Part shown: piece by piece, positions 12,652 through 25,074 of the stretch
How the letters are laid out: each line of letters opens with the position of its first letter
Numbering within the stretch: the stretch's first letter is position 1
From: Octopus bimaculoides
Lineage: Eukaryota
Assembly: GCF_001194135.2 (NCBI RefSeq)
Contig: NC_068988.1
Location: forward strand, 53,614,398 to 53,678,263
DNA: 63,866 nt
Direction: 5' to 3'
Program-made: the position numbers and the translations under genes
The notes under the pieces: model-generated
The model's input: the letters and a program-made list of their open reading frames with translations, nothing else
Databases searched by the model: none
Told to the model about the DNA's origin: nothing

Positions 12652-13638
12652 TTACAGATTGGTTAATAAAATAATGACAAAAAGATTGAAGATATTTGCA
12701 ATATATCTGTAGCTGTTAACATTCCCGATTGAATTGGCCCCTGGATCACTAGGATTCCAAGAGAAGGACATTAGTTTGTGTTCAACAAGCATACCTAATT
12801 CTGGATTTGTTGTTACGCAATCGGAATAAATTTTTACCAATTTCACAATATCTTCTGTTTTCTCGTTGAAAATTACTTTATCACAATATGTTTCATTTCC
12901 ATTCATCTTCCTGTCAATTTTTTTTAGTTTCTGGCAGAAGATGCCACTACTGCTCGCAAACTCTTTAGCTTTTGAAATATAGATTGTCTTATTTTCTGTT
13001 AGATCATATGATGTGAATTTCTTCAAAAGCGCGTCAATACATTTAATCGTGTGTGTATAGTTGTACTTAGAACAAAATTTGTTGTAGAATTTTAAGGGAT
13101 TTCTTTCATGATCCACTTTAGGATAGCACTTCAGTTCCTGACCATAATTTGGTATCAAATGAAACAGAGGGTCTATTATTTTACATTTGATATTTAAAAT
13201 GGAATCCAAATAACGAAACCAAATCATACGCACTCTTAATGGACAGCGATTGAGTTTTAGAAACATGCCTCTTTCCATTTTTTTTTTACAGAATGCTCTA
13301 GAGTGACTATTATCATCAGGAATAGAGTTCATATCACAATCGCGCGAATCAAATTTGATTTTTTTATATCTTTTACAAAATACTCTTGTTTTCTTAATAA
13401 TTTTGGTAAAATTTATACTTTGTTTGTATTGCAGATCAATTTTGTGATTCGAAGAGCTTATATTTTGCAGTAAACATTGCATATACTTTGGGTAAGATGG
13501 CGAACATACAGAGCCGACTAACTCATCACTATCAAAGCTTAAATGTCGGGTACAATTTACTTGAACATTGCCGTGACTTAATGGAATATTGCAACTAAAA
13601 AGAACGAAGATTGACAGAATAAATACGTAAAAATCCAT
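12652..13638 (-). CDS. Intronless 328-aa secreted, Cys-rich, probably GPI-anchored protein (orphan)
   Basis: 987-nt ORF from ATG 13638 (the track start at 13659 is not an ATG). Hydrophobic signal peptide MDFYVFILSIFVLFSCNIPLSHG, 14 mature Cys in two similar modules, 6 N-glycosylation sequons, C-terminal hydrophobic tail IANIFNLFVIILLTNL with no cytosolic segment. Confidence 0.85.
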   Translation of the reverse strand: MDFYVFILSIFVLFSCNIPLSHGNVQVNCTRHLSFDSDELVGSVCSPSYPKYMQCLLQNISSSNHKIDLQYKQSINFTKIIKKTRVFCKRYKKIKFDSRDCDMNSIPDDNSHSRAFCKKKMERGMFLKLNRCPLRVRMIWFRYLDSILNIKCKIIDPLFHLIPNYGQELKCYPKVDHERNPLKFYNKFCSKYNYTHTIKCIDALLKKFTSYDLTENKTIYISKAKEFASSSGIFCQKLKKIDRKMNGNETYCDKVIFNEKTEDIVKLVKIYSDCVTTNPELGMLVEHKLMSFSWNPSDPGANSIGNVNSYRYIANIFNLFVIILLTNL

Positions 13639-13777
13639 AACGGCTTCTAATATTTGCAAGCGGTAACTTTCACAAGAATTATGATCATGTGGTAACTACG
13701 GACGTAAAAGAAATGAATAACCGAAAAGTTCAGATTACTAATATTTCAAGCGGGAGGGAAAGCTGTCTGGTTGGAGC

Positions 13778-13784
13778 ATTTATA
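13778..13784 (-). promoter_or_regulatory. Putative TATA box of the orphan gene
   Basis: TATAAAT on the minus strand, about 140 nt upstream of ATG 13638, in GC-richer flanks. Confidence 0.4.
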
Positions 13785-14159
13785 AGTGGCTTCACCGGAA
13801 AAAAACAGCGATAATACTTCACCAAACACTAAACCAGACCGATCCTTAACACGTCATCTTTGATAAATAAGATTCTATTGTAACTGAAAAGAAAATACTG
13901 TTCGTCATAGAGTTGACAAATTTCCGCATGTAATCCTCGGATTTGTTTTCCATTTTTAAAATAATAAATATTAAAAAAATCTAATTCTATACAATTTGGA
14001 TGAAAACTCGGTTAATTGTGCTACTTACTTGGTTAATTAGCTAACGTTAATATGTCGTAGCTTAGGTTAGTTACCAAATGTCAACTAATTCAATTGTGAA
14101 TAATCATGCCCTTGTTAACATCACACTAAAATACAGGTTAATTCTAAATATGTTGTTAT

Positions 14160-14520
14160 TGGTACTCCGTCACTTACGACGTCGAGAGTTCCAGTCGATC
14201 CGATCAACGGAACAGCCTGCTCGTGAAATTAACGTGCAAGTGGCTGAGCACTCCACAGACACGTGTACCCTTAACGTAGTTCTCGGGGATATTCAGCGTG
14301 ACACAGTGTGACAAGGCTGACCTTTTGAATTACAGGTACAACAGAAACAGGAAGTAAGAGTGAGAGAAAGTTGTGGCGAAAGAGTACAGCAGGGTTCGCC
14401 ACCATCTTGGAGCTTTAGGTGTTTTCGCTCAATAAACACTCACAACGCCCGGTCTGGGAATCGAAACCGCGATCCTATGACCGCGAGTCTGCTGCCCTAA
14501 CCAATAGGCCATTGCGCCTC
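14160..14520 (-). mobile_element. tRNA-derived SINE family D (young copy)
   Basis: Minus-strand head GAGGCGCAATGGCCTATTGGTTAGGGCAG...GGTTTCGATTCCCAG (A and B boxes); CpGs retained. Confidence 0.75.
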
Positions 14521-17265
14521 AACAATCCTAAATAAGGGAAATAATAAACCTTGAATAGACCACACTGGTATGGGTTGGACGGTTTGGTAGGAGCTGGTCA
14601 GCCGGAGAGCTACATCAGGCTGCAATTGTCTTCTTTGGCCAGATGTTTATGGCTGGATGCCTTCTTAACGTCAACAACTTCACAGAGTGTACTGGGTGCT
14701 TTTTACGTGGCACTAGCACCAGTGCTCTTTTTGTGGTACCGGCTTTATATGTGGCACCGATACTGGTGCTTTTATGTGGAACCAGCACTGGTGCTTTTCT
14801 ATGGCACTAACTTAAGTAATATCTGTAGTAACAATAAATAAGTTTCCAATGTTAAAAATAAAGTTGGAAATTTTGAGGTAGCGGGACAATTTAAATCTCC
14901 TCAGTTCTTCACTGGTGTCCTTATTTATCGACCTCATTCTGACTCAACACCACCACCACCACCACCAGATACCCTTCCAATCACTTAGCTGTTTCCAAGC
15001 ACCCATGGCCAGATATTTTCGCAGAATATTGGAAATGAATGACATTCATTTACAAGTCACATGATGTCAAGACAAGCGAACACAAACATACTCTCTCACA
15101 TTCACTTGTGTGTGTGTGTGTACCAAATCCACTCACTTGGCTCTGGTTAGTCTGGGACTATATTAGAAGACACTTGCTCAAAGTGCTATATAGTGGGTCT
15201 GAATCCAAAACAATGTTGAGAAACAAACTTCTTAACCACACCTGAACCTCTTTTTTGTTTGTTTGTTTTTCAGCATAAAACAATAATAAAGACTCATCTC
15301 GCTGCTAAATTACTTTCTGTTATTTGTTAATATTATTGTAAAGCTAAACATTGGTTTCAAATTTTGACACTAGGCTAGGACTTTTGCAGGTAGAGGGAAG
15401 ATTACATTGACCTTGGTGCTCTACTGGTACTTATTTTATCAACCCTCAAAGGATGAAGGGCAAAGTCAACCACTCAGAATGTAAAGACAGATGAAATGCC
15501 GCTAAACATTTTGCCCAGCATACTTAACAGTTCTACCAACTTGACGCCTTATGTAAAACTAAATACTGATTTCAAATTTTGGCATTAGGCTAGCAATTTT
15601 AGGGGAGGAGGTATTCAATTGGGACTTTTGCTTATCAACCCTGAAACGATGAAAGGCAAAGTCAACCTCAGCGGACTTCGAACTCAAACCATAAAGATGG
15701 ACAAAATGCTGCTAAGCATTTTACTCATCAGGCTAACCATTCTGCCAGCTTGCTGCCATATATAAAATTAAATATTGATTTCTCATTCTACTAAATGTTG
15801 GTTTCTGCTGAGAAGTCTAACCTGACACTTGCAGTTTTGGAACAATGTTTTTTTTGTTTCGTTTTTTTTTCCATCAATCCCTACCTTTCTAATGCACCTA
15901 GTTTCATTTTATTGGCTACATTTAAGAAAAACAACTTTAATGTCTCGGTAGGTCACACACGAATCAGCAAATCAAGACTTAAGCTGCGAATCTGGGATGG
16001 GGCTACTTCTCTTGAGGAAATTGCTACTTACATATTGTCTTTAAAGTTAACTTCTGAGATTTTTTAGTGACATGTCAACAATAGAACCATGTCTGGGATT
16101 TATTTTTCTTGTCTCTTTCCGTCAGCTGTTTGTTTGCTTCATTTTCATAACAAATATCTTCTATTTTTTTTACTTGTTTCAATCATTATACTGCTATGCT
16201 GGGGCACCACCTTCAAGAAATTTTAGCTGAATGAATCGACCCTCAAAACCTTCTTTTTAAAGTATGCTATCAGTCGTAAACAGCAGATGCAAACACACCA
16301 ACACCAATTGTCAAGTGCTGGTGAGAAACATACACAGACACAAATAAATGCACACACACACACACACTCATATGAAAGGGATTAATAAACCCAGGCAAAT
16401 ATCTATAAAGCATTCAGTGTTAAATGAATTTCGTTAACTATATCCAACAATCAAATACCAATAAATTCAAGTAGAATTAACATCCAACGTAATATATATG
16501 ACAGGTTTTTTTTTTCAGTTTCCATCTATTGAATCTACTTACATGGCTTTGTTCGACCTGAAACTGTAGTAGAAGACACTTGCCCAAGGTGCCATGTAGT
16601 GGGACTGAACCCAGAACCATGTGGTTGGGAAGCAAGCTTCTCACTACACAGCCATGCAGAAATGTTTTTTTCTTTTTATGTAGAGGAAAATAGTTTTCTG
16701 AGCTTCTGGCATCAGACAATGTTTCTTTATTATTGTTGCTTAAAGAGATAATGACTGATTATCTTATTTCTTTCGATTCATGATATATTAGATTATCTTT
16801 TCATAGGCAGAACAAAATAATCAAGTCCTAAACACAATTAGTCAATCAAGATATCAATCATTATCTCCAAAGGTGGCAAACTGGTAAAATCATTAGAGCA
16901 TCAGAAAACATGCTTACTGATTTTTCTTTTGAACCTTTAAGATCTAAGTTCAAATCCCACTTGGATCGATTTTACTTGTCATCCTTCTGAGGTCAATGAA
17001 CAAGGTACTGGTCAAAATACTGATTCATGTATCAACTTGTGCCCCATGACCACTAAATTCCTACCATTCATTGGTAAAAATTCCAAGATTAGTAGGGGAA
17101 AAGAAAAGCGAGGTGTATGGCATACATAGATTCTTCATTTCTCAGAACATTACCATTTAGACAGCACAAGCGATTAGAAAAAATAAATAAAAAATTTTTT
17201 TCTGAATTTTATTTTAGTTTATTTTCTCATGCCTGTTTTTTTCTGCTGTTCTTCTGTACCAGTCT

Positions 17266-17291
17266 TCATGGTTCTTTTCTCTTGCTTTCCA
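17266..17291 (-). CDS. ARMH1: ARMH1 putative terminal coding exon 12 (..M-ESKRKEP*)
   Basis: Long polypyrimidine tract plus TAG acceptor; phase 1 matches exon 11; TGA at 17268-17266; two AATAAA signals at 17218-17223 and 17208-17213. No strong homology support. Confidence 0.6.
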
Positions 17292-18451
17292 CTAGAGAAA
17301 AAAAAAAAAGAAAGAAAGAAAATTTTTTTTAAATAATACAAATAATGATTCTTTCTAATTTTGGCAGAAGGCCAACAAATTTGAGGGGAAGCAGAAAGTC
17401 AATTACATTAACCCCAGTGTACAACTGGTACTTATTTTGTCAATGCTATGGGGAAGAAAGGCAATGTTCACATCTACAGGATTTGAACTCAAAACATAAA
17501 ATACCAGAAGAAAGCATTTCATCTGACATGCTAATGATTCTGCCAGCTTGCTACCTTAATAATTATAATAATAATAATCCTTTCTACTAAAGGCACAAGG
17601 CCTGAAATTTTGGTGGAGAGGAGACTAGTTGATTACATTGATGCCAGTGATTTACTTAATTTATTGACCCCGGAAGGATGAAAAGCAAAGCTGACCTCGG
17701 CGGAATTTGCACTCAAAACATAAGGGCAGATGAGATGCCGCTAAGCATATTGCCCAGTGTGCTAATGNNNNNNNNNNNNNNNNNNNNNNNNNNNNNNNNN
17801 NNNNNNNNNNNNNNNNNNNNNNNNNNNNNNNNNNNNNNNNNNNNNNNNNNNNNNNNNNNNNNNNNNNNNNNNNNNNNNNNNNNNNNNNNNNNNNNNNNNN
17901 NNNNNNNNNNNNNNNNNNNNNNNNNNNNNNNNNNNNNNNNNNNNNNNNNNNNNNNNNNNNNNNNNNNNNNNNNNNNNNNNNNNNNNNNNNNNNNNNNNNN
18001 NNNNNNNNNNNNNNNNNNNNNNNNNNNNNNNNNNNNNNNNNNNNNNNNNNNNNNNNNNNNNNNNNNNNNNNNNNNNNNNNNNNNNNNNNNNNNNNNNNNN
18101 NNNNNNNNNNNNNNNNNNNNNNNNNNNNNNNNNNNNNNNNNNNNNNNNNNNNNNNNNNNNNNNNNNNNNNNNNNNNNNNNNNNNNNNNNNNNNNNNNNNN
18201 NNNNNNNNNNNNNNNNNNNNNNNNNNNNNNNNNNNNNNNNNNNNNNNNNNNNNNNNNNNNNNNNNNNNNNNNNNNNNNNNNNNNNNNNNNNNNNNNNNNN
18301 NNNNNNNNNNNNNNNNNNNNNNNNNNNNNNNNNNNNNNNNNNNNNNNNNNNNNNNNNNNNNNNNNNNNNNNNNNNNNNNNNNNNNNNNNNNNNNNNNNNN
18401 NNNNNNNNNNNNNNNNNNNNNNNNNNNNNNNNNNNNNNNNNNNNNNNNNNN

Positions 18452-19015
18452 TGTGATGCATGTGCCTGGTGTACCCTTATCAGACGGGTAGTCATGATGG
18501 GTATAATGGGCTTCGTATATTTTACCCCTGGTTCTCATGGCTTCTGATCTTAACTGATTGAAAGTGTTATCATGTACATGTTTTGTCTTGGTGTAAAAGA
18601 TGGGTTACAGCAAATATTCTGCTCAATACCACAGATTTGCTTGTCAGTTGCTTGACCTTAACCAGTTGAGCATGTCCATTAGAGGCTGACAATATGTGCA
18701 TCTCTGATCATGAACAGGAGCATCATAGCCATGTGTTGAGAGGAATTCTTTGGGGTTTGAATAATTCACCTCTGGAAACATGGGTGTGTTTTTTCATCAT
18801 CCTTAAACAACCCTTGTTCAGGGACCTGTTGAGTGGGCTGGGCTACTCAACCTGAAGAAAATTCTAACTGGGCCCCACCTGCAAGGTCATGCACTGTGTA
18901 TCTTGATATGATATCATGTTGCACACATGTAGCTGTGATGCATGTGCCTGGTGTACCCTTATCAGACAGGTAGTCATGATGGGTATATTGGGCTTTGTAT
19001 ATTTATACCCCAGTG
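18452..19015 (-). mobile_element. Dispersed repeat family E with an about 80-bp direct repeat at its ends
   Basis: TGTGATGCATGTGCCTGGTGTACCCTTATCAGAC... at both 18452 and 18934. The internal part recurs inverted at about 31445-31690. Confidence 0.7.
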
Positions 19016-19194
19016 TGACAAAGAGTTTTCATTCTTGGAGAGTTTTCTATTTCTTACTTCATTGCAGAAGACAAAGTGTAAAGGGACGTAACTAAATACC
19101 ACAAAACATTTAGTCCAGCACTGGCTTTTTCTGCCTTTCTAAGGGTTTTGCCTTCACTAAATATATCAAATTAACTATTGTAAGATATACTCAC

Positions 19195-19276
19195 TTAAAT
19201 GTGTATTGCCTCTGATATTCTCTAATGTATCCACTTGACTAACACAGAGATTCTGGTAGAGAATGTTAGGGGATGA
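19195..19276 (-). CDS. ARMH1: ARMH1 exon 11 (SSPNILYQNLCVSQVDTL...)
   Basis: ttcag| acceptor, |gtgagt donor, 82 nt; matches human SNAEDLYMKIDSIQADIL as recalled. Confidence 0.85.
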
Positions 19277-19492
19277 CTGAAAGTTACAAAAAGATGAAAA
19301 AATTTTACATAGTAAGTACATTGTAGCTGTTACTATAAAAACTGGTTAATACATATGTAACTATAGTAACTAATATGATATAGTTTGGAATATATAGAAT
19401 TAACTAGTTGCTTTGACAAAACCCAAAAGGGCAGAAATCTACCTGTATGATCCCCATCACGATTGCTACTGATGTAGTTTTATGTTATTTAA

Positions 19493-19712
19493 CCTTTTAG
19501 AATTTAATCCGGCCGTATCCAGCCAAAATATTCTACATGTTTTATGTTAAATCTGGCCAGATCCAACCTTTCACACCTACCCCACAATGTCATTCTATAA
19601 ATATACAAACACACCAATGAAATCTTGAAACTACAAGATAATGCATGATTAATTCAAATTGATGTGAACAAACAAGCAATATACTGGACAAAGAAACCTG
19701 AATGCTAAAGGG
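19493..19712. mobile_element. piggyBac-like MITE (TTAA-flanked, TIR CCCTTTAGCATT)
   Basis: TTAA on both sides with CC(T)TTTAG...AATGCTAAAGGG ends. Other copies at 23354-23572, about 58720-58895 and about 62390-62595, plus a fragment at about 33290-33360. Confidence 0.75.
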
Positions 19713-20146
19713 TTAATTCAGTATGTCCATAAGAGATATTATCTCTGGACAAATACCGTAGTTAATTTGGCTTTCTATGATGTGTCTGAATTAAATATGA
19801 TATTCAGTTTGCTATTTTAATATAATACTGCTTCAGCTGCACATCATGAAAAATTTATTAGTTTTGTGTACACCTTTCTATGTTCGATTGGACAGAATGG
19901 CTTTTGATGACATTCATTTGAGTCCAACAATGCAATACTGATCCAACATCTGAGACAGAGTAGCCGTTACACACATAATTATCTTAAACCACATGGTAAA
20001 GGCCAACCATCTGTAATCTAAGTAATTTTTCAAAAAAATGGGGTCCATTAAAGTCACAGAAGAAAGTCATTTGTTCTTGTGAAACGAAATAAAAATTTCA
20101 AATTAACTCACGGTAAAAAAAACCCAAAAAAACTAGAGCAACATAC

Positions 20147-20224
20147 CATTAGAACATTGTAAAGTTCATCTCCAAGGACATCTTTGATCTTTACTGCTTG
20201 TTCTGGAAATGTCTTGGCAAAGTG
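20147..20224 (-). CDS. ARMH1: ARMH1 exon 10 (HFAKTFPEQAVKIKDVLGDELYNVLM)
   Basis: tctag| acceptor, |gtatgt donor, 78 nt, phase 0/0; matches human [26 protein letters not shown]. Confidence 0.92.
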
Positions 20225-20367
20225 CTAGAAATAGAAATAAATATTTCCCTAATCTGAAGACGAATGAACATTTAATAGACATGGGCATGCATGACTCTAA
20301 ACTGAAATACCTGGGATTGTAGATGATAATTTTTTTTTACTAAAGTCACAAGGCCTAAAATGATGAC

Positions 20368-20442
<75 letters not shown>

Positions 20443-20449
20443 CTTCTCT

Positions 20450-20885
20450 ACTAAAAGCACAAGACCTGAAATTTTGTGGGAGAGGAGACTAGTCAATTAC
20501 ATAGACCCCAGTGTTTTACTGGTACTTAATTTATCAGCCCTGAAAGGATGAAAGGCAAAGTCCAACCTCAGCGGAATTTGAATTGAGAATGTAAAAACAG
20601 ATGAAATGCCGCTAGGCATTTTGCTCAGCTTGCTAATGATTCTACCAGCTTGCTGCCTTAAATGATAATAATCCTTTCTATTAAAGGTACAAAGCCTGAA
20701 ATTTTGGGGAAGGTGGGGGGGGGGGGCTAGTCGATTACATCAGCCCCAGTGTTTTACTGGTACTTAATTTATCAACCCCAAAAGGATGAAAGGCAAACTC
20801 CAACCTCGGTGGAATTTGAACCCAGAATGCAAAGATGGACAAAATGCCACAAAACATTCTGCCTGGTATGCTAACGATTCTGCCT
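20450..20885 (-). mobile_element. Two tandem copies of tRNA-derived SINE family B (Meta-domain-like core)
   Basis: Head AAGGCGGCGAGCTGGCAGAATCGTTAG, B-box GAGTTCAAATTCC, core CTTTGCCTTTCATCCTTTCGGGGTCGATAAAATAAGTACCAG, (TAA)n tails. About 20 copies in the window, e.g. 8330-8570, 15345-15760, 17345-17767, 24595-24810, 25215-25390, 28015-28620, 42077-42520, 45600-45800. Confidence 0.85.
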
Positions 20886-21231
20886 ACACCAACTGCTGCT
20901 GCAAAGAAAAGAAAATTAATTGCAAAGACAAAAGCACATGAAAAATTAGCTAGCAGATGGGAACAGAAACCTCTGCATGGCAAGTATGTGGCTCGTAGCA
21001 AACAAGCTGATGTCGACCAGAAACACATGCATCAATAGTTATGAAGCTCAGGGCTAAAAGCAGAGAGTGAAGATAGCTGCTCAAGACCAAAGCTTATTAA
21101 CCCAGAACTACCAAGCCAATGTGATAAAAAATGGAGCTGACCTAAAATGTCGATTCTGTAACAATGAGATTGAAACTATAGACCACCTAATCTCAGGGTG
21201 TCGACTCTTAGCACCTGTAGAATATAAAGCA
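20886..21231 (+). mobile_element. R4/Dong-like (RLE-type) non-LTR retrotransposon fragment, zinc-knuckle region
   Basis: WEQKPLHGKY...IAAQDQSLLTQNY...CRFCNNEIETIDHLISGCRLLAPVEYK, diagnostic of the R4/Dong/NeSL C-terminus. Confidence 0.85.
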
Positions 21232-21823
21232 TGCCTTCACAGATGTACCAGTACTTCAGGAGATAAGTATCATTGTCTGACAATGCAGCAGGTAATACTG
21301 ATTCTAGTATACAGATGACTATGATTCAAAACAAGATTCCATGAGCTGAAGACAGAAGTATTTATAATTCAAAGCTAAGCTATCAGAGACTTAAAACATT
21401 TTAAAAGAGAAGACTAATCACCTGTATTTGACTGGTACTTATTTTATCAACCCTGAAAGGATGAAGGGCAAAGTTGACCTTGGCAGAATTTAAACTTAGG
21501 ATGTGAAAAGCTGCAAGGAATACTTACTGCTAAGCATTTTGTCTGGCATGCTAACAATTCTGCCTGCTTGCTGCAGAAATCTTAAAACTTATAATGCTAA
21601 CATTCATGGTATCATGACACATTTCTCAAGAAAGTGTAACTAAATATAATTAATTTATTAGTAGTAAATTACTAAATTACTGTATATGTGTTTAGAGTGT
21701 ATAGGAGAGTTAGAGTCTGAGAAGGAGCTTAAGTTCAGTTGCTGCGAAGGATGTAGAATATAATGTTTCTGTCACTTTCCTTACTATTCGACTGAGAGTG
21801 AAGAAGAGAGAGCTAGAAAGGAG

Positions 21824-22025
<202 letters not shown>

Positions 22026-22289
22026 GAAAGTGTCTGATGCTTTGACTCCAATCAAGCAAATGACAAAATGATCAAAATGAAAGAGGTGGTGTCAACAATA
22101 AAGAGAAGGGGCAATAGGAGAAACCGTCTAAGAAGATCAGAAGCTTAGGGATATGGGGAGGCAAAGGGGAAGGGAGTTGGAATTAGGAAAAAGTGAAAAG
22201 AACCAATGGGTGATGCAGAGTACAGGCATAGATATGTGGTTCAAAATCCACCATATACTTTGGATGAGTATTTTCAACCATAGTCTTTG

Positions 22290-22740
22290 GTTAGGGGTGA
22301 TGTGGTCACAGAAATTGTCTGACAGCCATAACTGGGTTCTCCTGCTTGTGTGGCATGGTGCCGAATCCTGTGTTCAGACATAGGGTCTTCCAACAGCCAC
22401 CCTATTGACCCAGGACAACACTATCTCCTCCAGACAATTGAAATAGGCCTCTGTGTTGAGTCTGAGGCCATGTGAGAAGATGAATCATTCCAAAACTAGT
22501 GATCACTTCAGACACCATAATGTTGGTTGGATGTTTGATTTTTATCACTCTCAGTACATGTCCTCAAATTGCACCATCTTCAGATTGACATCCAAACACT
22601 TTGAAATAGTTACATTGGAGCTTCCAGCATGAATGCCAAGCAGTACAGCATGTTGTTTCCAAATTTCTGGCAGATTGAATTGTGTCATGATGCTGTTTTT
22701 TTCACAGACAGTGCCCAACTGACCCTACTATACCGCATAG
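22290..22740 (-). mobile_element. Internally deleted Tc1/mariner (maT/DD37D-like) transposase remnant
   Basis: Frameshifted translation WKQHAVLLGIHAGSS...KHPTNIMV...GLRLNTEAY..CLEEIVLSWV.RVA.GRPYV..QDSAPCHTSRRTQLWLSDNFCDHITPN. Confidence 0.8.
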
Positions 22741-22829
22741 CTGACAAAATCGAAAACAGACAACGTGCATGCACAAAATTAAAACTATAAAATGGCAACA
22801 ATTTACCCATTGCACCCTGTATATATGTA

Positions 22830-22876
<47 letters not shown>

Positions 22877-23596
22877 TCATCATCATCATCATCATCATCC
22901 TCATCATCATCATTAATGTCTTCTTTCGGATTTGTCTTTTACAAACGATATGTATGTTTGTATGTATGTTTGTATGTATGTATGTGTGTGTGCATATATA
23001 TGTATGTACATGCTTATGCATAAGTATGTATGCATTTAGTGTTTGTATTTGTGTCCACCACCACTTGACAGCCAGTAGCACTGTTGGTTTGTTTACATTC
23101 ATGTAACTTAGCAGTTCAGAAAACTCAGATAATAGAATAAGTACCAAATAAATACTGGGATTGATTTGTTTAGCTAAGCCCTTCAAGGCAGTGCCCCAGC
23201 ATGGCTGCAGTCCAATGACTGAAACAAGTAAAAGATAAAAGATGGTCTTGGTGCCTTTCACTAAAGATACAGTATGGTTATGTGGCAAAGTTGGTGCTTA
23301 GTAGACCAGGCAAATGTTTTGTTAATTTGATTAAATTGCAAACTTAGAATTAACCCTATACCATTTAAACTGACCCTACCCGGCCAAAATAATCAATCTT
23401 TTTTTATGTTCAAACTGGCCAGATTCAGCCTCTCACACCTACCCTTAATGTCATACTAAAAATAAACAATCATATCATTGAAATCTTGATGGTACAAGAT
23501 AACGCATGATAACACATAACAATGTGAATAAATAAGTATTACATTTGACAGCTTAATATGAATGGTAAGAGGTTAAAGGTGAAAGACTTATCATAC

Positions 23597-23680
23597 CTGA
23601 AGTGCTAATGAGCAATGTCTTTGACATTCTGCACTGCCTGGGTTACTAATTCCGTTCAGTAGCTTTGGTATTACTTCTAA
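23597..23680 (-). CDS. ARMH1: ARMH1 exon 9 (LEVIPKLLNGISNPGSAECQRHCSLALQ)
   Basis: Pyrimidine tract plus aag| acceptor, |gtatga donor, 84 nt; matches human [28 protein letters not shown]. Confidence 0.88.
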
Positions 23681-25008
23681 CTTAGAAGAAGAAAGAGGAA
23701 CATCAATCAGGTGTTTGGCTGTTAAATTTTTAATTATTTCAAATACAATAATTAACATTCAAACATGTTTCCATGAAATAATTCTTTTTCTATAACTATT
23801 TTAAAGTGCTGATCTCTAAGTGTGGAGAAAGACATGAAAGGCATGGCCATTGAGTCTCACAGAGGTGATGACAAGTTATCAGGACCTTTGGTGATTTGCT
23901 GTGCTTGTGAAGACATGTCAAGCCAAGTGAGATCATAGTCGTGGCCAGTGTTGCTAACATGTAAAAGGCACCCATGCTAGCGTGCTAGTGACACATAAAA
24001 GGTATCTCTGCCTTTGACACATAAAAGGCACTTGTGCCGGAGACATGTAAATGGCACCTGTGTCGGTGACATGTTAAAGGCACCCGTGCTAGTGATATGT
24101 AAAAGATACCCTCTACACTCTTGGAGTGGTTGGTGCTAGGAGGGTTATCCAGCTGTAGAAACCAAGCCAAACCAGACTGGAGATTGGAACAGCTCTTTGG
24201 CTTACCAGTTCCAGCCAAACTGTCTAACCCATGCTTGCATGGAGTACAAATGCTAAATGACGACGATGATGACAGCGATGCTGACTTAAGTCAAAGTAAC
24301 TTGTCTCTAGGCTAGGCTTGGCTGAATTTACTTGTCTCTAGGCTAAACCAATAATAACCATTCCCAGTTCTGTACGTCCAGCATTATAGCATGATGCTTA
24401 ACACTTTTACTATGAATTCTCTGAGGAGCCATGAGGGCAAAAAATAAAGTCACAAATGAATGAGAATGAGAAAGTAGCCGATAAACAGACATAAATAAAT
24501 TTGAATTCAAAACAATCGCGGGAATCACGACTGATAATGCCTGATGGTATAGATATTGGAACTACAGTGCAATATGAGCTCTGACGCAGCAGCAGCAGCG
24601 AGCTGGCAGAATAGTTATCACTCCAGGAAGAAATGCTACTAAACATTTCATCTGTTTTCATGTTCTGGGTTAAAATCCCACCAAGGTTAATTAGTCTTTC
24701 ATCTTTTCAGGGTTGATAAAGTAAGTCCCGGTCAAACATTGGGGGTTGATATAACTGGTTTCTCCCTCCTCTTCAAAACTGCTGGACCTGTGCTAAAATT
24801 TGATACCATTATTGTATGTATATATGGTGCAGGAATGGCTGTATGATTAAGAAGTTCACTTCAAGCTATGCATTTTAAGGTTTGGTGCTACTGTAGTGGA
24901 CCTTGGGTAAGAGTGTTCTACTATAACTTAGAGTCAACCAATAACCTTGTAAGGGAATAATGTAGACAAAAATTACAGAAAGCCATATGTCTGCTTGTAT
25001 GTTTATGC

Positions 25009-25074
<66 letters not shown>

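Noticed and set aside
13639-13659. ORF-track N-terminal extension MQILEAV of the 335-aa ORF
   Set aside because: It begins at a non-ATG codon; the signal peptide starts at ATG 13638.
14400-14520. tRNA gene (also tRNA-like segments at about 56090-56150 and 61020-61085)
   Set aside because: A and B boxes are present but no clean cloverleaf, and the segments continue into SINE bodies; these are SINE heads.
17661-18547. Long ORFs spanning N runs (also near 9.9, 29.4, 33.4, 44.1, 46.2 and 52.2 kb)
   Set aside because: Artefacts of assembly gaps.
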